Assembly: GCA_963674705.1 (NCBI GenBank)
Contig: OY771506.1
Location: 128,001-192,000, forward strand
Direction: 5' to 3'
Source of the DNA: Phycisphaeraceae bacterium
Lineage (GTDB): Bacteria > Planctomycetota > Phycisphaerae > Phycisphaerales > Phycisphaeraceae
DNA: 64,000 nucleotides
A program made the translations under genes and the position numbers. A model generated the notes under the pieces. It did no database searches. It saw only the letters and a program-made list of their open reading frames with translations, and had not been told where the DNA came from. Position 1 is the first letter of the stretch. The number at the start of each line of letters is the position of its first letter. Of this stretch, positions 1 through 10,969 are shown piece by piece.

Positions 1-1577
1 GTGGTGCGTGTCCAACCCTTGCCGACATAAAGCTGCCCGACGTTGAGCGCCGCGTTATCCTCGATGTGCAGTTCACCCGTGCCGCCGAAGTCCGCAATGT
101 TGAAGTCCTGGTTGGCGCCGTTCACCTCGGCATTACCGCGCAGGATCATCACAGCACTTTCGTTCTGATACACGCCGACCGAGATGTGGTTGCCGCTGTT
201 CAGTTCACCGTCCGAATCGATCACCGTCGTGCCCTGGCGCGCGTGGAACGCAACGCCGCTGTCGAGTGTCGTCGTGCCGGTCAGCGTGAGCGTGGCCGAG
301 CCGTTCTTGATGAGCTTGGGCGTGGAGAACATCGAATCGCCGAAGCCGCGCAACGAACCGGGGCTGCCGCCGGTGATATCGGCGCTGATGGTTGCATCGG
401 CGTTGCTCGTGATGCGCGAGTGCGGCCGAACGGAAAGCGAACGACCGGCAGACCCCGCGATCGTGTAGCTGCCGCTTGAAGTCGTATTAAAAATGATATC
501 GGTGACGGGGATCGTCGCGTCGAGCGTGACCGTGCCCGCCGTACCGTTGCCCGAACCGAAGATCACCTGCTCGGTGCGCTCGGGGCCGTTGAAGGCGTAG
601 TTCGTGCCGTCGGTGAAGTTGGTGGAAGTCAGGTTCCACGTGCCCGATCCGTCGACCGCCGTTGTGCCCGCGCCGGGGTTGGCGTTCCATGTGAGTACGG
701 CATGTGGATAGACGGTATTGTGGATCGTGGAGGCATAGGACTGAAGGAAGCCATACGCGCCGCTTGCGCCGCCAAGGGTCGTCCCGCCACCGGTCTGGCA
801 GACGCCGGTCAGCGACCAGTCATACAGATCGAGGCTCTGGTCCGTGGGCATGTTGGCTTCCCACATGGCGCTGCCGCTGTCACCGCCTTGCTGGATGCCG
901 AGCACGTAGCCGTCGTTGATCAGGCGCGAGTTCTGATTTGCATTAAGGTTGAGATACGCACCGCTGACCCATGGCGTATTAAAGGCTCGGTGAAAACTGA
1001 CGCTGCTGCTGGGGCTGCTGCCAAATGGCCCCCACAACCCGAACCCGCCGATCTGCGCCAAACCATTGCCGGGCCCGGCGACCTGTCGCTTTTCAACACC
1101 CGTCAACGTCGTTAACTGACCGGATGTGTACCCACCGACATGCACCAGCGCGACATCGGCGCTGCCGAACTCGACGATCTGATCGCCGTAATAGTTTTGG
1201 CCGTAGATGTTGATCTGAATCTGTCCGGCCGGCGCGACCTGGCCGTAGTCGCCGCCGTTCTGCACGACGTGGCGGGCGGTGAGGAACCAGCCGTTTTTCA
1301 GGTACGTCGCGGTCCCGCGTGTGGATGCGGTGCCGTTGTAGATGTAGGACGCGTTGGTGAACTGCCCGTAATTGTCGGTCAATCCGCTCGTGTTCACGGC
1401 GCTGTAGCTGGAATCGGTCGCGTTCCAGAGGACAGCCGACGCCTTTGGCGACACTGCAAAAGTCAACCCCGCCGCCAGTGCACATGTCGTAAGACGCTTG
1501 CCAAGCAACCGCACACGACCGCGCAGCATGATCTGTTGTTTGCGTTCGGCATGCTGGTGGTGGTGCTTCGTTGCCAT
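1..1577 (-). CDS. Secreted trypsin-like (S1-type) serine protease domain followed by autotransporter-associated beta-strand repeats; 3' end is outside the window
   Basis: Not in the ORF track because it runs off the edge. Manual translation from ATG at 1577: MATKHHHQHAERK..., signal-like ...ALAAGLTFAVSPKASA, then WFLTARHVV (His), GSADVALVHV (Asp), QGGDSGSAMW (Ser), then LIKNGSATLTLTG repeats. The parts I translated contain no stop. Confidence 0.8.
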   Translation of the reverse strand, partial: MATKHHHQHAERKQQIMLRGRVRLLGKRLTTCALAAGLTFAVSPKASAVLWNATDSSYSAVNTSGLTDNYGQFTNASYIYNGTASTRGTATYLKNGWFLTARHVVQNGGDYGQVAPAGQIQINIYGQNYYGDQIVEFGSADVALVHVGGYTSGQLTTLTGVEKRQVAGPGNGLAQIGGFGLWGPFGSSPSSSVSFHRAFNTPWVSGAYLNLNANQNSRLINDGYVLGIQQGGDSGSAMWEANMPTDQSLDLYDWSLTGVCQTGGGTTLGGASGAYGFLQSYASTIHNTVYPHAVLTWNANPGAGTTAVDGSGTWNLTSTNFTDGTNYAFNGPERTEQVIFGSGNGTAGTVTLDATIPVTDIIFNTTSSGSYTIAGSAGRSLSVRPHSRITSNADATISADITGGSPGSLRGFGDSMFSTPKLIKNGSATLTLTGTTTLDSGVAFHARQGTTVIDSDGELNSGNHISVGVYQNESAVMILRGNAEVNGANQDFNIADFGGTGELHIEDNAALNVGQLYVGKGWTRT

Positions 1578-1640
1578 GGCTGTGTCGGACTCTATATAAA
1601 AAAACTGCACGAATGACGCATCAAGGCCTCTTGTCCGCAG

Positions 1641-4316
1641 TCAACGCCTGCGCCTCAGCATCGCCATACCGCCCAGGCCCAGCAGCACAACGCTCGCCGG
1701 CTCGGGAATCGCGGCGTTATCCGTCGGCGGCGTGCCCGCGTTCCAGTTGTTCAACACGATGTCCAGGTCATCCAGACCAACAAATCCATCGCCCGACGGA
1801 TCACCCAACGACCATTCACCCGCCGTCACGTTCGTGTTCCAATTGCCCAGCACGATGTCAAGATCGTCCAGCCCGACAAAACCGTCGCCGTTCAGATCAC
1901 CATCAAGCAGAGATGATACGACTTCGAGCACACCCGTCGTCATCAACGCCGACGTATCCCACATCAGGCCCGAATCAAGCGCCGGCAAAGTAAGCGTGTC
2001 GAACGCGCCGCTGATCGTGACAAAGTTCAGGATGTCGAAGCTGTCGCCCAGGGCCAATGCCGAAACGTTGTTATCGAGCACCACTTCCAGCGTGCCCGCC
2101 GCGGTCAGGTTGCCCGTCACTTCCAACAGGTCGTTGATCCCGTCGGTCGCGATGTCGAAGACAAGCGTCGTCCCGCTTTCAAGAACAAGCTCGCCATCAA
2201 TCGTCAGCACGTCCGGCGAATACGTGAACGCCCCACCACCGACCAGCGGGTTCGCTGTGCTCTCGCCGCTGATCATGTACAGGTTGTCGACGTGCACCAG
2301 GTCCGTGCCGTTGTTCATCGCAGCGAACGCGCCAAGATCAACCGGGTCCGTGATCCGCCCGAACTCCAGCCCCGAGTACGCCAGCGTGCCCGCGTCCGTG
2401 CCTGTCGAGTAGTACATGTCAAACGTCTTGGCGGCGTTGTCCACGACGACCCACACGTTGTACCAGTCGCCGTTGGTCATCGATGTCACCGTCTGGTCAC
2501 CGAGGTTGTCGCTGTAAACCTTCAGGTTCCCGCCGGCAACATAAGGCATGACCGAGAAGTCCTGCCACGAATTGTTGATGTCCACCGTCGCACGACTCTC
2601 GGCCAGCCCGATCATGCAGTCCGTCGCCGTGCCTTCAGCCATCACCTGGAAGAAGTACGTCGCCGTCTCGCCGTCCGCCAGGCTATAGTCGTTGGCGAAG
2701 TTGCTGACAAGATCGGTCTCCGCGCCGCGCCACCCGCTGCCTTCACGCACCGCAAGCGATTGATCGCCGTCCGGATCGTCCGTAATGAGCGCGCCGCCCG
2801 TCCCGTCCCATTCACCGATCCACACGTCACCGGTCAAATTCCCCGGCGTCGCGCCCAGCGCAGTTGTGCTGCTGTTGTCGTACGAATCAAAATCATCGAT
2901 CAGCATCGGCGCCGAAGTCTGCAAACCGGCGCTGCCGATCTGGATCGTCGTGCCGGTCTTCGCCGTGAGTTTACCCGTCACGGCCCCGCTGCCCGACAGT
3001 TTCGCACTGCTGTCCAAACGAATGCCTTCGCTCAGCGCGGTCGCGTCAAGCGTCCCGCCGTCCAGCTCGACATCGGTATCGATATCCATCGAGATGATGT
3101 CGCGCACGCCGTGGAAGCTGACCGTTCCGCCGCTCTTAACACGCATCTTCCCGCTGCCGGAGAAGTTCATGTAATTCTCCATGCGGACCGTGCCCTCAGC
3201 CACTTCAAACACGCCGTCGTTCTCGATCGACGTGCTGTTCATCGTCACCGTGCTCGCGCCGGTCTTGCGCAGCGACGCACCATCCTGCACACGGATCCAC
3301 CCGCCGGATACCGAGTAATCCGTGTTGCCCGACATGATGTTCGTGCCTTCAAGCGCGTTGACATACTTCAGCGTCCCGCCGCTGCCGTTATGCGATAGTT
3401 CGCCGCCCGCAAGAAACGCAACATGCTCGCCATGATCGACGCCGCTGAAGTCGTAAGACTCACCGCTCTCGATCACGCCGATGTATTCATACCCCATCTG
3501 CGTCGGCGTCGCCGGGTTGCCCTCGTAAAGATGCGCATCGCCGAACCAGTGATACCAGGCATAGCCCTCGACCCAACTGGTCGATTCCATCCACGGGATC
3601 ACGATATCCAAAAACTGCCGATTCGCCTCGGAAACTTCCTCATCTGTATAAGCCCCGCCCCAGTCGTGGATCGCAAACTCGGTCACAAACACCGGCAAAC
3701 CCCACTGGTGATACCAGTTCATGCTGCCGATGAAGTTACTCGCCGCCTGCGACGGATTGTCCGGGCTGCTCCAGCCGTACCAGTGGAACGCCACCGCGTC
3801 CACCTGCAACCCGTTGTTGTTCGCCTGTGTCATGAAGTCGCTCATCCACGCCTTACCATCCGACGTATCCGACACCGCCGGCGAAACCAGCTTCTTGCCC
3901 GAACCGGCGAACCCGTTCGATAACGTCGTCCACGACGAGATCGCCTGCGACACCGTCATGTTCGCCTGGTCGCTGCGCTCCGGCTCGTTGAAGCCCAGCA
4001 CCCATTCCACATCCGCGTTGTTCTTCACCGCATTGATGTTGCCGGAATTCACCGCCCAGCCGCCCCAGAACATCGGGGCAAACTGCGCATCAAAACTGCC
4101 GGGATACCCTTCGCCCAAACCCCACGTGTAATACCAACCGGCGCCCGTCGCCTGCAGATTCGAGTAATTCGCGCCAGCATCCGCGAACCCGCGCTTGCTC
4201 GAGAGCACCTGCGCCTCGACAGACGCCGGCGTCACCGCAACCAGCGCCGCCGATGCCGTCATCGCCGCAAGCGCCTGCAACAGGACACGGGTACGGTAAG
4301 ATTGCCTGCCTGTCAT
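1641..4316 (-). CDS. PEP-CTERM surface glycoside hydrolase, GH128-like (putative beta-1,3-glucanase), with beta-repeat, lectin-like and dockerin-like modules
   Basis: Signal peptide; WYYTWG, VLGFNEPE, DAVAFHWY, PVFVTEFA, WVEGYAWY motifs of the GH128/Glyco_hydro_cc clan-A fold; duplicated GDLNGDGFVGLDDLD; IPEPAS + hydrophobic stretch + RRRR. Confidence 0.8.
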   Translation of the reverse strand: MTGRQSYRTRVLLQALAAMTASAALVAVTPASVEAQVLSSKRGFADAGANYSNLQATGAGWYYTWGLGEGYPGSFDAQFAPMFWGGWAVNSGNINAVKNNADVEWVLGFNEPERSDQANMTVSQAISSWTTLSNGFAGSGKKLVSPAVSDTSDGKAWMSDFMTQANNNGLQVDAVAFHWYGWSSPDNPSQAASNFIGSMNWYHQWGLPVFVTEFAIHDWGGAYTDEEVSEANRQFLDIVIPWMESTSWVEGYAWYHWFGDAHLYEGNPATPTQMGYEYIGVIESGESYDFSGVDHGEHVAFLAGGELSHNGSGGTLKYVNALEGTNIMSGNTDYSVSGGWIRVQDGASLRKTGASTVTMNSTSIENDGVFEVAEGTVRMENYMNFSGSGKMRVKSGGTVSFHGVRDIISMDIDTDVELDGGTLDATALSEGIRLDSSAKLSGSGAVTGKLTAKTGTTIQIGSAGLQTSAPMLIDDFDSYDNSSTTALGATPGNLTGDVWIGEWDGTGGALITDDPDGDQSLAVREGSGWRGAETDLVSNFANDYSLADGETATYFFQVMAEGTATDCMIGLAESRATVDINNSWQDFSVMPYVAGGNLKVYSDNLGDQTVTSMTNGDWYNVWVVVDNAAKTFDMYYSTGTDAGTLAYSGLEFGRITDPVDLGAFAAMNNGTDLVHVDNLYMISGESTANPLVGGGAFTYSPDVLTIDGELVLESGTTLVFDIATDGINDLLEVTGNLTAAGTLEVVLDNNVSALALGDSFDILNFVTISGAFDTLTLPALDSGLMWDTSALMTTGVLEVVSSLLDGDLNGDGFVGLDDLDIVLGNWNTNVTAGEWSLGDPSGDGFVGLDDLDIVLNNWNAGTPPTDNAAIPEPASVVLLGLGGMAMLRRRR

Positions 4317-4387
4317 CTACAGTTCCTCTCTCTCACCCGGCTGGATTAACCGCCGTTGCAGCGGCTAAACAACTCACAAGCGCCCGC

Positions 4388-4446
4388 CGATGCAAACGCT
4401 CGATACTCGATGCACTGATTACGCGATTCGATGCACACGCGATGCA
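4388..4446. promoter_or_regulatory. Four CGATGCA direct repeats upstream of the GH128 gene; candidate regulator sites
   Basis: CGATGCA at 4388, 4408, 4429 and 4440 (spacings 20, 21, 11 bp) between lacI and the GH128 start. Confidence 0.35.
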
Positions 4447-4485
4447 CGGATCAACTGCTGGTCACGGCTCACTGTTAGCTCCTGA

Positions 4486-5643
4486 TCAAGTCGTCTGGTG
4501 CTTGGGCGTCGTCACGCCGACGTTGCCGGAGCGATACTCCAACACGGCATCTTCTTTCTGCTTGCGCCCGCCCGTGTAGCCCCTGGGTTCGATCAGTGAT
4601 GGCGGGACATTAATCACCACCGGTGATTCCAACCGGTTTCGCATCCGCGACCGCAGTCGACGGATCGCGATCCGCGCCACCTCGCGCGGGTTGATATCGA
4701 TCGTCGCCGGCGTCGGTGACATCAGCGACAGTTGTGTCTCATCATTATCACAGCCAATCACCTGGATATCCTGCTGAGGCCGAACCCCCGCCTGTTGCAA
4801 CGCCGGGTAAAGCAGCGCCGCTTCATAATCGCGCGGGCAGAACACCCCGTCAGGCTTGTACCCATCCTTCGCGATCAAGGCCGCCGCCTCTTCCATCGTC
4901 GGCACGACCTTCACCGGCCCGGCATACGCCTTGCCACAGGACACCTCATCATGCACCACGTATGTGCTGATATCCATCCCCTCATCGATCGACGTGCTCG
5001 CAAACATCATCAGACGCTGACGCGTCAACGCCCAGTCGGGCGAAACCGTCACCATCGCCACACGCTTGCAGCCACGATCCGCCAGATAGTTCGCCGCCAG
5101 CCGACCGATACCCAGGTTGTCCGGCAGAATATGATCCATCTGCATGGGGTTCGCATGACCACCCATCGCCCAAACCACCGGCAACTTCTCGGACAGGTCC
5201 TGGATCGTTCGCATCCACTGCACACTGCGCAAAGCCAAACTGCCTACCAGCAGGATCGCGCCGCCCAGGTCACCCCGACGCACAAGCCGGCTCGATTCGT
5301 TCGGCTCGGGGATCTCGTCAAGCATCACATCCACATCGAACTCTCGCGCCGCCGTCGTCACGCCCGCTACAAACGCGCCGATCACAGGCGAAATCATCCA
5401 ATCACGATGCAACTGCCCGACCGTAATCACCGCGATACGACGATTACGAAGCGAGTTGCGACCCGAACGCTCACGCCGGGAAGACAGCTTCGGCCGAGGT
5501 ACAGGCGGCGTGTAACCCAACTGAGACACCGCCTCGCGGATCCGGTTTGCGGTCTCTTTGCGAACCAGCGGCGAGTTGTTTAACGCTCGCGATACCGTCG
5601 CTGTGGACACGCCCGTTAATTTAGCAATTTCCGCTAGTGACAT
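4486..5643 (-). CDS. LacI-family transcriptional regulator (paralog A)
   Basis: MSLAEIAKLTGVSTATVSRALN HTH; C-terminal sugar-binding fold (VIGCDN, PATIDINP). Confidence 0.92.
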   Translation of the reverse strand: MSLAEIAKLTGVSTATVSRALNNSPLVRKETANRIREAVSQLGYTPPVPRPKLSSRRERSGRNSLRNRRIAVITVGQLHRDWMISPVIGAFVAGVTTAAREFDVDVMLDEIPEPNESSRLVRRGDLGGAILLVGSLALRSVQWMRTIQDLSEKLPVVWAMGGHANPMQMDHILPDNLGIGRLAANYLADRGCKRVAMVTVSPDWALTRQRLMMFASTSIDEGMDISTYVVHDEVSCGKAYAGPVKVVPTMEEAAALIAKDGYKPDGVFCPRDYEAALLYPALQQAGVRPQQDIQVIGCDNDETQLSLMSPTPATIDINPREVARIAIRRLRSRMRNRLESPVVINVPPSLIEPRGYTGGRKQKEDAVLEYRSGNVGVTTPKHQTT

Positions 5644-5751
5644 AGCCGTATACTTGATTAAAACGGAAAGATGAAGTGCCGTCCGGCACGGCGTGATGGC
5701 GAAACTACGACCCGCTCACCACGCCGTACCGTCACGGCGGTCAGTCAAACA

Positions 5752-8700
5752 TTACGCACTGCGACGCTTCAATAGCGCCATACCACCCAGGCCCAGCAGC
5801 ACGAGGCTCGCCGGTTCCGGGACGGCCGCACCGGAACTCGGCGGCGTGCCGTTGTTCCAGTTGGTCAACACGAAGTCAAGGTCATCCAGGCCGACAAACC
5901 CGTCACCCGACGGATCGCCCAGAGACCATTCGCCTGCGGTCACGTTGGTGTTCCAATTCGTCAGGACGATGTCCAGGTCAGCCAGGCCGACGAATCCATC
6001 ACCGTTCAGGTCGCCATCCAGCAACGCGCTGGCGATGACCTGGATCACACCGTCAACCATCAGGCTGCTGGTGTCCCATTCGAGACTGCCGGTCAATGTC
6101 GGCAGGCTGATGGTGTCGAACGCACCGGTGATCGAACCGAAGTCCAGGATATCAAAGACGTCGCCTTCAGCCAGCGTCACCGCGCCATCAAGCGCCACAT
6201 CCAACGTGCCGCCCGCAGTCAGTTCACCGGTAATGCTCAGCAGGTCGTTGATACCGCTGGTGGCGATATCCAACGCCAGGATCGAACCGGCATTAATAAC
6301 CAGGTCGCCTTCGACCGTCAGCGTTTCAGGTTCGTAAGAACCGAGTGTGCCGCTCCAAGTCGTCGTCAGCGGGTTCGTAACGTTCTCACCGCTGAAGTCC
6401 ACATAGAGGTTGTCGATGTGAACCGGGTCGGTGCCGTTATTGGAGATACCGAAGGCCGCCAGATCCGTCGGATCGGTGATGCGGCCGAACTCGATATCCG
6501 CACGCAGCAGCGTACCGTCATCCGTGCCGGACGAGCCGTACAGATCAAACGTCTTGTTGGCGTTGTCGACGACAACCCACACGTTGTAGTACGTGCCGGC
6601 GGTCATCGCCATCACATCGTTCGCGCCGGTGCCGTTGTCACCGTACACGTCCAGATTACCACCAGCGCTGAACGGCATGACCGCGAAGTCCTGCCATGCG
6701 TTGTTTTCATCCAGCGAATCAACACTGCTGGTCAGACCGATCATGCAGTCCGTCGCCGTGCCTTCCGCCATCAACTGGAAGAAGTACGTCGCCGTTGCGC
6801 CATCGGGCAGGCTGTAGTCATTGGCGAAGCTGGTCGCCAGGTTCGTCTCGGCACCACGCCACACGCCATCGGCTGCCGCCGCGGCCAGTGAGTTGTCGCT
6901 GGCGACACTGTCATCAACGATCGTCGCACCGGTCGTGCCGTCGGGGACACCGACCCACACATCACCGGTCAGGTTGCCCGGGGTTGCACCCAAGGCGGTC
7001 GTGCTGCTGTTGTCATAGCCGTCGAAGTTGTCGATCAGGCCCGTCACCTTGATGGTGGACGGCATGCCGGCTTCGCCGACCTGGATCAACGAACCATTCA
7101 GAGCCGACACGGTACCGATCACCGCACCGTCGCCCTTCAGCGTCTTGCCGCTGGCAACCGACAGGCCCGCACCGGCGTTCATCGCCGACACGTCCAGACG
7201 ACCACCGGCCACATCAATGTTCGTCACCGTCAGCGCCGAGCCGTCTGCCATCACCATCGCACCCGTGCCGGAGCCGGTGACGTTCAACGTGCCCGTGCCA
7301 CTGAGCGTGCCGGTCACATTCAGGGATGAACCATCCAGGACATCGGCCGTCAGCGTGTTCGCATTAAGCGCCACGTTGTTGACGGTCATGCCGTCGGCAC
7401 CCGTGCCGCCGTCGACCTGCATCGTGCCGCCGTTGGCGCCGACGCTGATGTTACCCGTGAAGGAAACCGCTGCGGGATCCGCGCCGCCGACACGGATCGT
7501 GCCGCCGTTGAGCGTGATCGCTTCATCGGTCGTTAACGCCTGGCCGAACGAACGCAGCGAGCCGCCGCTGTTCACCACGGTACCCGCGGCTGTCGAGCCA
7601 AGGCCGCTACCCTGCGTAAAGTCAAGGTTGCCGCCGTTGATCGTCGTCACGCCTGTGTAGCTGTTATCACCTTCCAGAACGAGTGTGCCGGACTGAACCG
7701 TCACCGAACCCGCGCCACTGACCGAACCGCTGATCACGTTCGCGCCCGTGCTGCTGCCGTTGCCGGCTTGAAGCTTCGCACCCGAAGCTAACGTCACGTC
7801 ACCCGTGATTGCACTGTCGGCATTGGCCAGAACCAGTGTCGCGCTCGCACCGATCGCCACATCGCCCGAGCCTTCAACTCCAGCACCCGTCAGGGTCGTG
7901 GTGCCCGATGCGATGTTCATCCCGCCCGGCGTCACCGCTGTGGCGATGTCCACCGTGCCGGCGTTGTTGAAAGTGACACTGTCAAGATCGAAGTACAGGC
8001 TGTCGCTGCTGCTCCAGTTGGCGGTCGTGCCGACGTCCCAGGTGCTGTTGGTCGCACCTGTCCAGACAACACTCTCGGCCGCGGCGAACTGAACTTTCAG
8101 GTCACCACCGCTGAATGTCGCCGACACCGAATCATCCTGACGCGTGTTCAATTGCGTGCCGGATTCATTGAAGATCGCGACGTTGAAGTTGGCCGTGCTC
8201 ACGCTGCCGCTGCCGCTGCCGCCGTTGATCAGCGTGTAAGCGGCTGTATCAAGCGCACCATCCACCGCGGTCACGTTCAGGTTGTACGTGCCGCCGCCGC
8301 TGGCGCCCAGCGTCACCAAACCGCTGACGTTCAGCAGGTCGTTCGTCCCGGCCGCGGAACCACTCAGGTCGTAGTTCAAACCACCGTTGGGATTCAGGAC
8401 CGTCGGGGTAAAGCTCAGGTTGCCGGTGATCGTCAGCGTACCCACGCCGCTATCACCCGGGGCGAACATCGCATCTTCATACGCGGACATCGTGCCCGAG
8501 CCGGTGTTGATCGTGCCGGCACCGGTCACCAGTTGACCGATCTCGTCACCGTTGAACGCCGTCCCGTCCGGGTCTTCCGTCACCTGCAGGCTGTAGCTCG
8601 CAAACGTGCTGGTATCAAACACCGCACCCGCACGCACATCGATCGTTGAGCTGAACAGTTCACCGACGTTCGACGCGCCGGCCTGAACCTTCAACGTGCC

Positions 8701-10800
8701 TTCTTCAACCACCGTCGTGCCTCGCCAGAAGTCGTTGGCGTTGCTCGTCGAGGTCCCGATCGTCATCGTGCCGGCACCACGCTTCACAAGGTGCACGTTG
8801 TTGCCGTCGCTTAGCAGGTCGACCGTCGGATCGCCGTTCTCATCGACCAGCAGGTCGGTGATCTTGCCCGTCAGGTTAATGTTGCCGGCGCCGCCGAAGA
8901 CGTAGAAACGATCGTTCGGGGCAACGCCGTCAAAGGACGACAGTGTGCCGCTGAGTGTCAGCGTGCCGCTGGTCGACTCGATGATGTAGTGGCTGCCTTC
9001 ACCCGGGGTGCTGGCATTGATGTTGCCGGCGATCGTGTTGTTGCCGCTGCTGGAGATGCTCGCAACCGCATCAGATGCACGTTCGCCCAGGACGATGTAC
9101 TCATCGCCGAGTGAAACATTATCAAGCACGAGCTGGGCTGTGTCATTAATCATCGTGCGTGTCGCCGCGGTGCCGTCGGCAGCACCCAGGGTGGCCGCGC
9201 CGCTGAGCGTCATCGAAGCCGTGCCCGAGAGCGTGGTCGTGCCGGCGTAGGTATGAGCGGCCGAGAACCCGACCGTACCATTGTTTGAGCTGACCGCACC
9301 GTCGCCGGAGATGATCCCGGTGAAGGTCACATCAGCGCCGTCGTTCACGCGGATCGCGCTGCCGGCGTCGAGCGAAACATTGCCGTCAACCGTGCCCGTG
9401 CCGTAGCCCGTCGCACCGTTGTCGGAGAAGAAACCGTTATCCGCCCCAAAGAACTGAACCTGACCACCGTTGGTCACGGCGATGTCATTGCCGGCCGAGA
9501 TGGCGTCGGTGTTCAAGATGGAGACGCTCGAACCGTCGACATTCAAACCACCGCTGATGCTGTTGTCTGCATCAAGCACCAGCTCGCCGCCGCCCATAAC
9601 ATTCAGGCCGACGCTGGTAACTAGCTCGGCATTGATCCAGTGACGGCCGGCGATATCGATCTTGCCTTCGCCGGTCAGCGTCAGCGTTTGATTCGTATCG
9701 GCCACGATGAAGTAGTCGCCGGTGTTGATCGGGTTGCTCAGCACCAGGCTGTTCAGAGAAACGTTCGTGTCGAGCGTGACCGTGCGGTTTTCCGTGATGA
9801 TCGAGCCCAACAACACGTCGCTGCCCGCGGCCGGGACGACGCCGGTCGACCAGTTGGCCGCCGTGCTCCAGGAACCGTCGGCATCGACAAACCATTCGGT
9901 CGGAGGCTCAGCCACCGCGAGGATGCCGGACAGCGGATTGAATGTGTACGTGCCGTCGGTCCAGACCGAGCCGGACTGAGCGAAGCCCGCGGTGCTGACA
10001 CTGAATGTCTCACCGAAGGCCGTGGTCGTGATGTCCAGGATCGTCCAGCTATCACCCGGGGTGGTGCTGGCGCCGGTCAGATCGAAGTTGAACACGCCGT
10101 TGAACGTCGCGTTGCCGCTGCCGGTGATCGAGTTATTCGTGCCCGAAGCGCCGATGGTGAACAGCCAACTGCTGGTGTCTGTCCAGACCATGTCGCTTGC
10201 GTCGGCGACGACGTTACCACTCATCGTGCCGGCGCCGGCGATGTCGATGCCCTGGCCGGGGCCGGAAGCCGAGCTGAAACCGTACGCCGATGCATCATTT
10301 AATAGATACAGCGTGCCGGCGCCGGTAATGTCGGAGTTGATGATGTAAGGACTCTGATCAGGAACCAGCGCGCCGTTGTTCGCAGTCACGTCAAGCGTGC
10401 CGTCAAGCGTGAAGATGTCGCCCGCGCCCGAACCGCTGCGGACAAGACCGCCATCCAGTATCAGATTAGCGGTCAGCGTCTGCGCGCCGCCGTTCTTGTT
10501 GATGATGCCGCCGTCCGCTTGAACGGTTAATGAATCGCCAGCAAAGACAATGTCGCCGCTGCCGGGCGTACGAAGCCACTCAACATTCACAACGTAATCA
10601 TTGCTGGCCGACGGATCGAGCCCATCGCTCCAGTTGTTGACGCCGTCTTGATCCATGGACGTCGTACCGATGGTATCGGTCGTCGTCAGCGTGACGGTAG
10701 CCGCGTTGACTGCCGGCGCTGCTATGAGTCCCAGCAAGGCAAGCTGAACACTCACCGCACCTGCCCGATACAACGGACAAACCTGGTCGCTCTTCTTCAT
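5752..10800 (-). CDS. Large PEP-CTERM surface protein with autotransporter-associated beta-strand repeats, lectin-like and dockerin-like modules (adhesin-like)
   Basis: Start moved to MKKSDQ (10800; track start 10836). Signal peptide, Gly/Thr/Asn-rich repeats (LVKRGAGTMTI, NSYTGVTTINGG), duplicated GDLNGDGFVG motif, VPEPAS...KRR. Confidence 0.85.
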   Translation of the reverse strand: MKKSDQVCPLYRAGAVSVQLALLGLIAAPAVNAATVTLTTTDTIGTTSMDQDGVNNWSDGLDPSASNDYVVNVEWLRTPGSGDIVFAGDSLTVQADGGIINKNGGAQTLTANLILDGGLVRSGSGAGDIFTLDGTLDVTANNGALVPDQSPYIINSDITGAGTLYLLNDASAYGFSSASGPGQGIDIAGAGTMSGNVVADASDMVWTDTSSWLFTIGASGTNNSITGSGNATFNGVFNFDLTGASTTPGDSWTILDITTTAFGETFSVSTAGFAQSGSVWTDGTYTFNPLSGILAVAEPPTEWFVDADGSWSTAANWSTGVVPAAGSDVLLGSIITENRTVTLDTNVSLNSLVLSNPINTGDYFIVADTNQTLTLTGEGKIDIAGRHWINAELVTSVGLNVMGGGELVLDADNSISGGLNVDGSSVSILNTDAISAGNDIAVTNGGQVQFFGADNGFFSDNGATGYGTGTVDGNVSLDAGSAIRVNDGADVTFTGIISGDGAVSSNNGTVGFSAAHTYAGTTTLSGTASMTLSGAATLGAADGTAATRTMINDTAQLVLDNVSLGDEYIVLGERASDAVASISSSGNNTIAGNINASTPGEGSHYIIESTSGTLTLSGTLSSFDGVAPNDRFYVFGGAGNINLTGKITDLLVDENGDPTVDLLSDGNNVHLVKRGAGTMTIGTSTSNANDFWRGTTVVEEGTLKVQAGASNVGELFSSTIDVRAGAVFDTSTFASYSLQVTEDPDGTAFNGDEIGQLVTGAGTINTGSGTMSAYEDAMFAPGDSGVGTLTITGNLSFTPTVLNPNGGLNYDLSGSAAGTNDLLNVSGLVTLGASGGGTYNLNVTAVDGALDTAAYTLINGGSGSGSVSTANFNVAIFNESGTQLNTRQDDSVSATFSGGDLKVQFAAAESVVWTGATNSTWDVGTTANWSSSDSLYFDLDSVTFNNAGTVDIATAVTPGGMNIASGTTTLTGAGVEGSGDVAIGASATLVLANADSAITGDVTLASGAKLQAGNGSSTGANVISGSVSGAGSVTVQSGTLVLEGDNSYTGVTTINGGNLDFTQGSGLGSTAAGTVVNSGGSLRSFGQALTTDEAITLNGGTIRVGGADPAAVSFTGNISVGANGGTMQVDGGTGADGMTVNNVALNANTLTADVLDGSSLNVTGTLSGTGTLNVTGSGTGAMVMADGSALTVTNIDVAGGRLDVSAMNAGAGLSVASGKTLKGDGAVIGTVSALNGSLIQVGEAGMPSTIKVTGLIDNFDGYDNSSTTALGATPGNLTGDVWVGVPDGTTGATIVDDSVASDNSLAAAAADGVWRGAETNLATSFANDYSLPDGATATYFFQLMAEGTATDCMIGLTSSVDSLDENNAWQDFAVMPFSAGGNLDVYGDNGTGANDVMAMTAGTYYNVWVVVDNANKTFDLYGSSGTDDGTLLRADIEFGRITDPTDLAAFGISNNGTDPVHIDNLYVDFSGENVTNPLTTTWSGTLGSYEPETLTVEGDLVINAGSILALDIATSGINDLLSITGELTAGGTLDVALDGAVTLAEGDVFDILDFGSITGAFDTISLPTLTGSLEWDTSSLMVDGVIQVIASALLDGDLNGDGFVGLADLDIVLTNWNTNVTAGEWSLGDPSGDGFVGLDDLDFVLTNWNNGTPPSSGAAVPEPASLVLLGLGGMALLKRRSA

Positions 10801-10969
10801 CCTCAATCTCCTCAGCAAGTGGTAAGAGAAATACAATTCAATGCATCTGCCTGGTGCAAACTGTCATGTTTCAATCGATGCCGGGATCGCGATTAACGCT
10901 TAATACCCTGCTCTAATTATGAACCGGCTTAGACCAAAACCAAGCAAATACTCGACACCAACAACAAAA

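Noticed and set aside
1000..1040. Suspected frameshift in the protease gene at the C-run near 1029-1033
   Set aside because: Recounting gives five C, which keeps the frame open through GDSGS.
1700..6020. Diversity-generating retroelement (similar dockerin-coding segments as TR/VR)
   Set aside because: No reverse transcriptase in the window; all copies lie in intact genes and look like ordinary paralogous domains.
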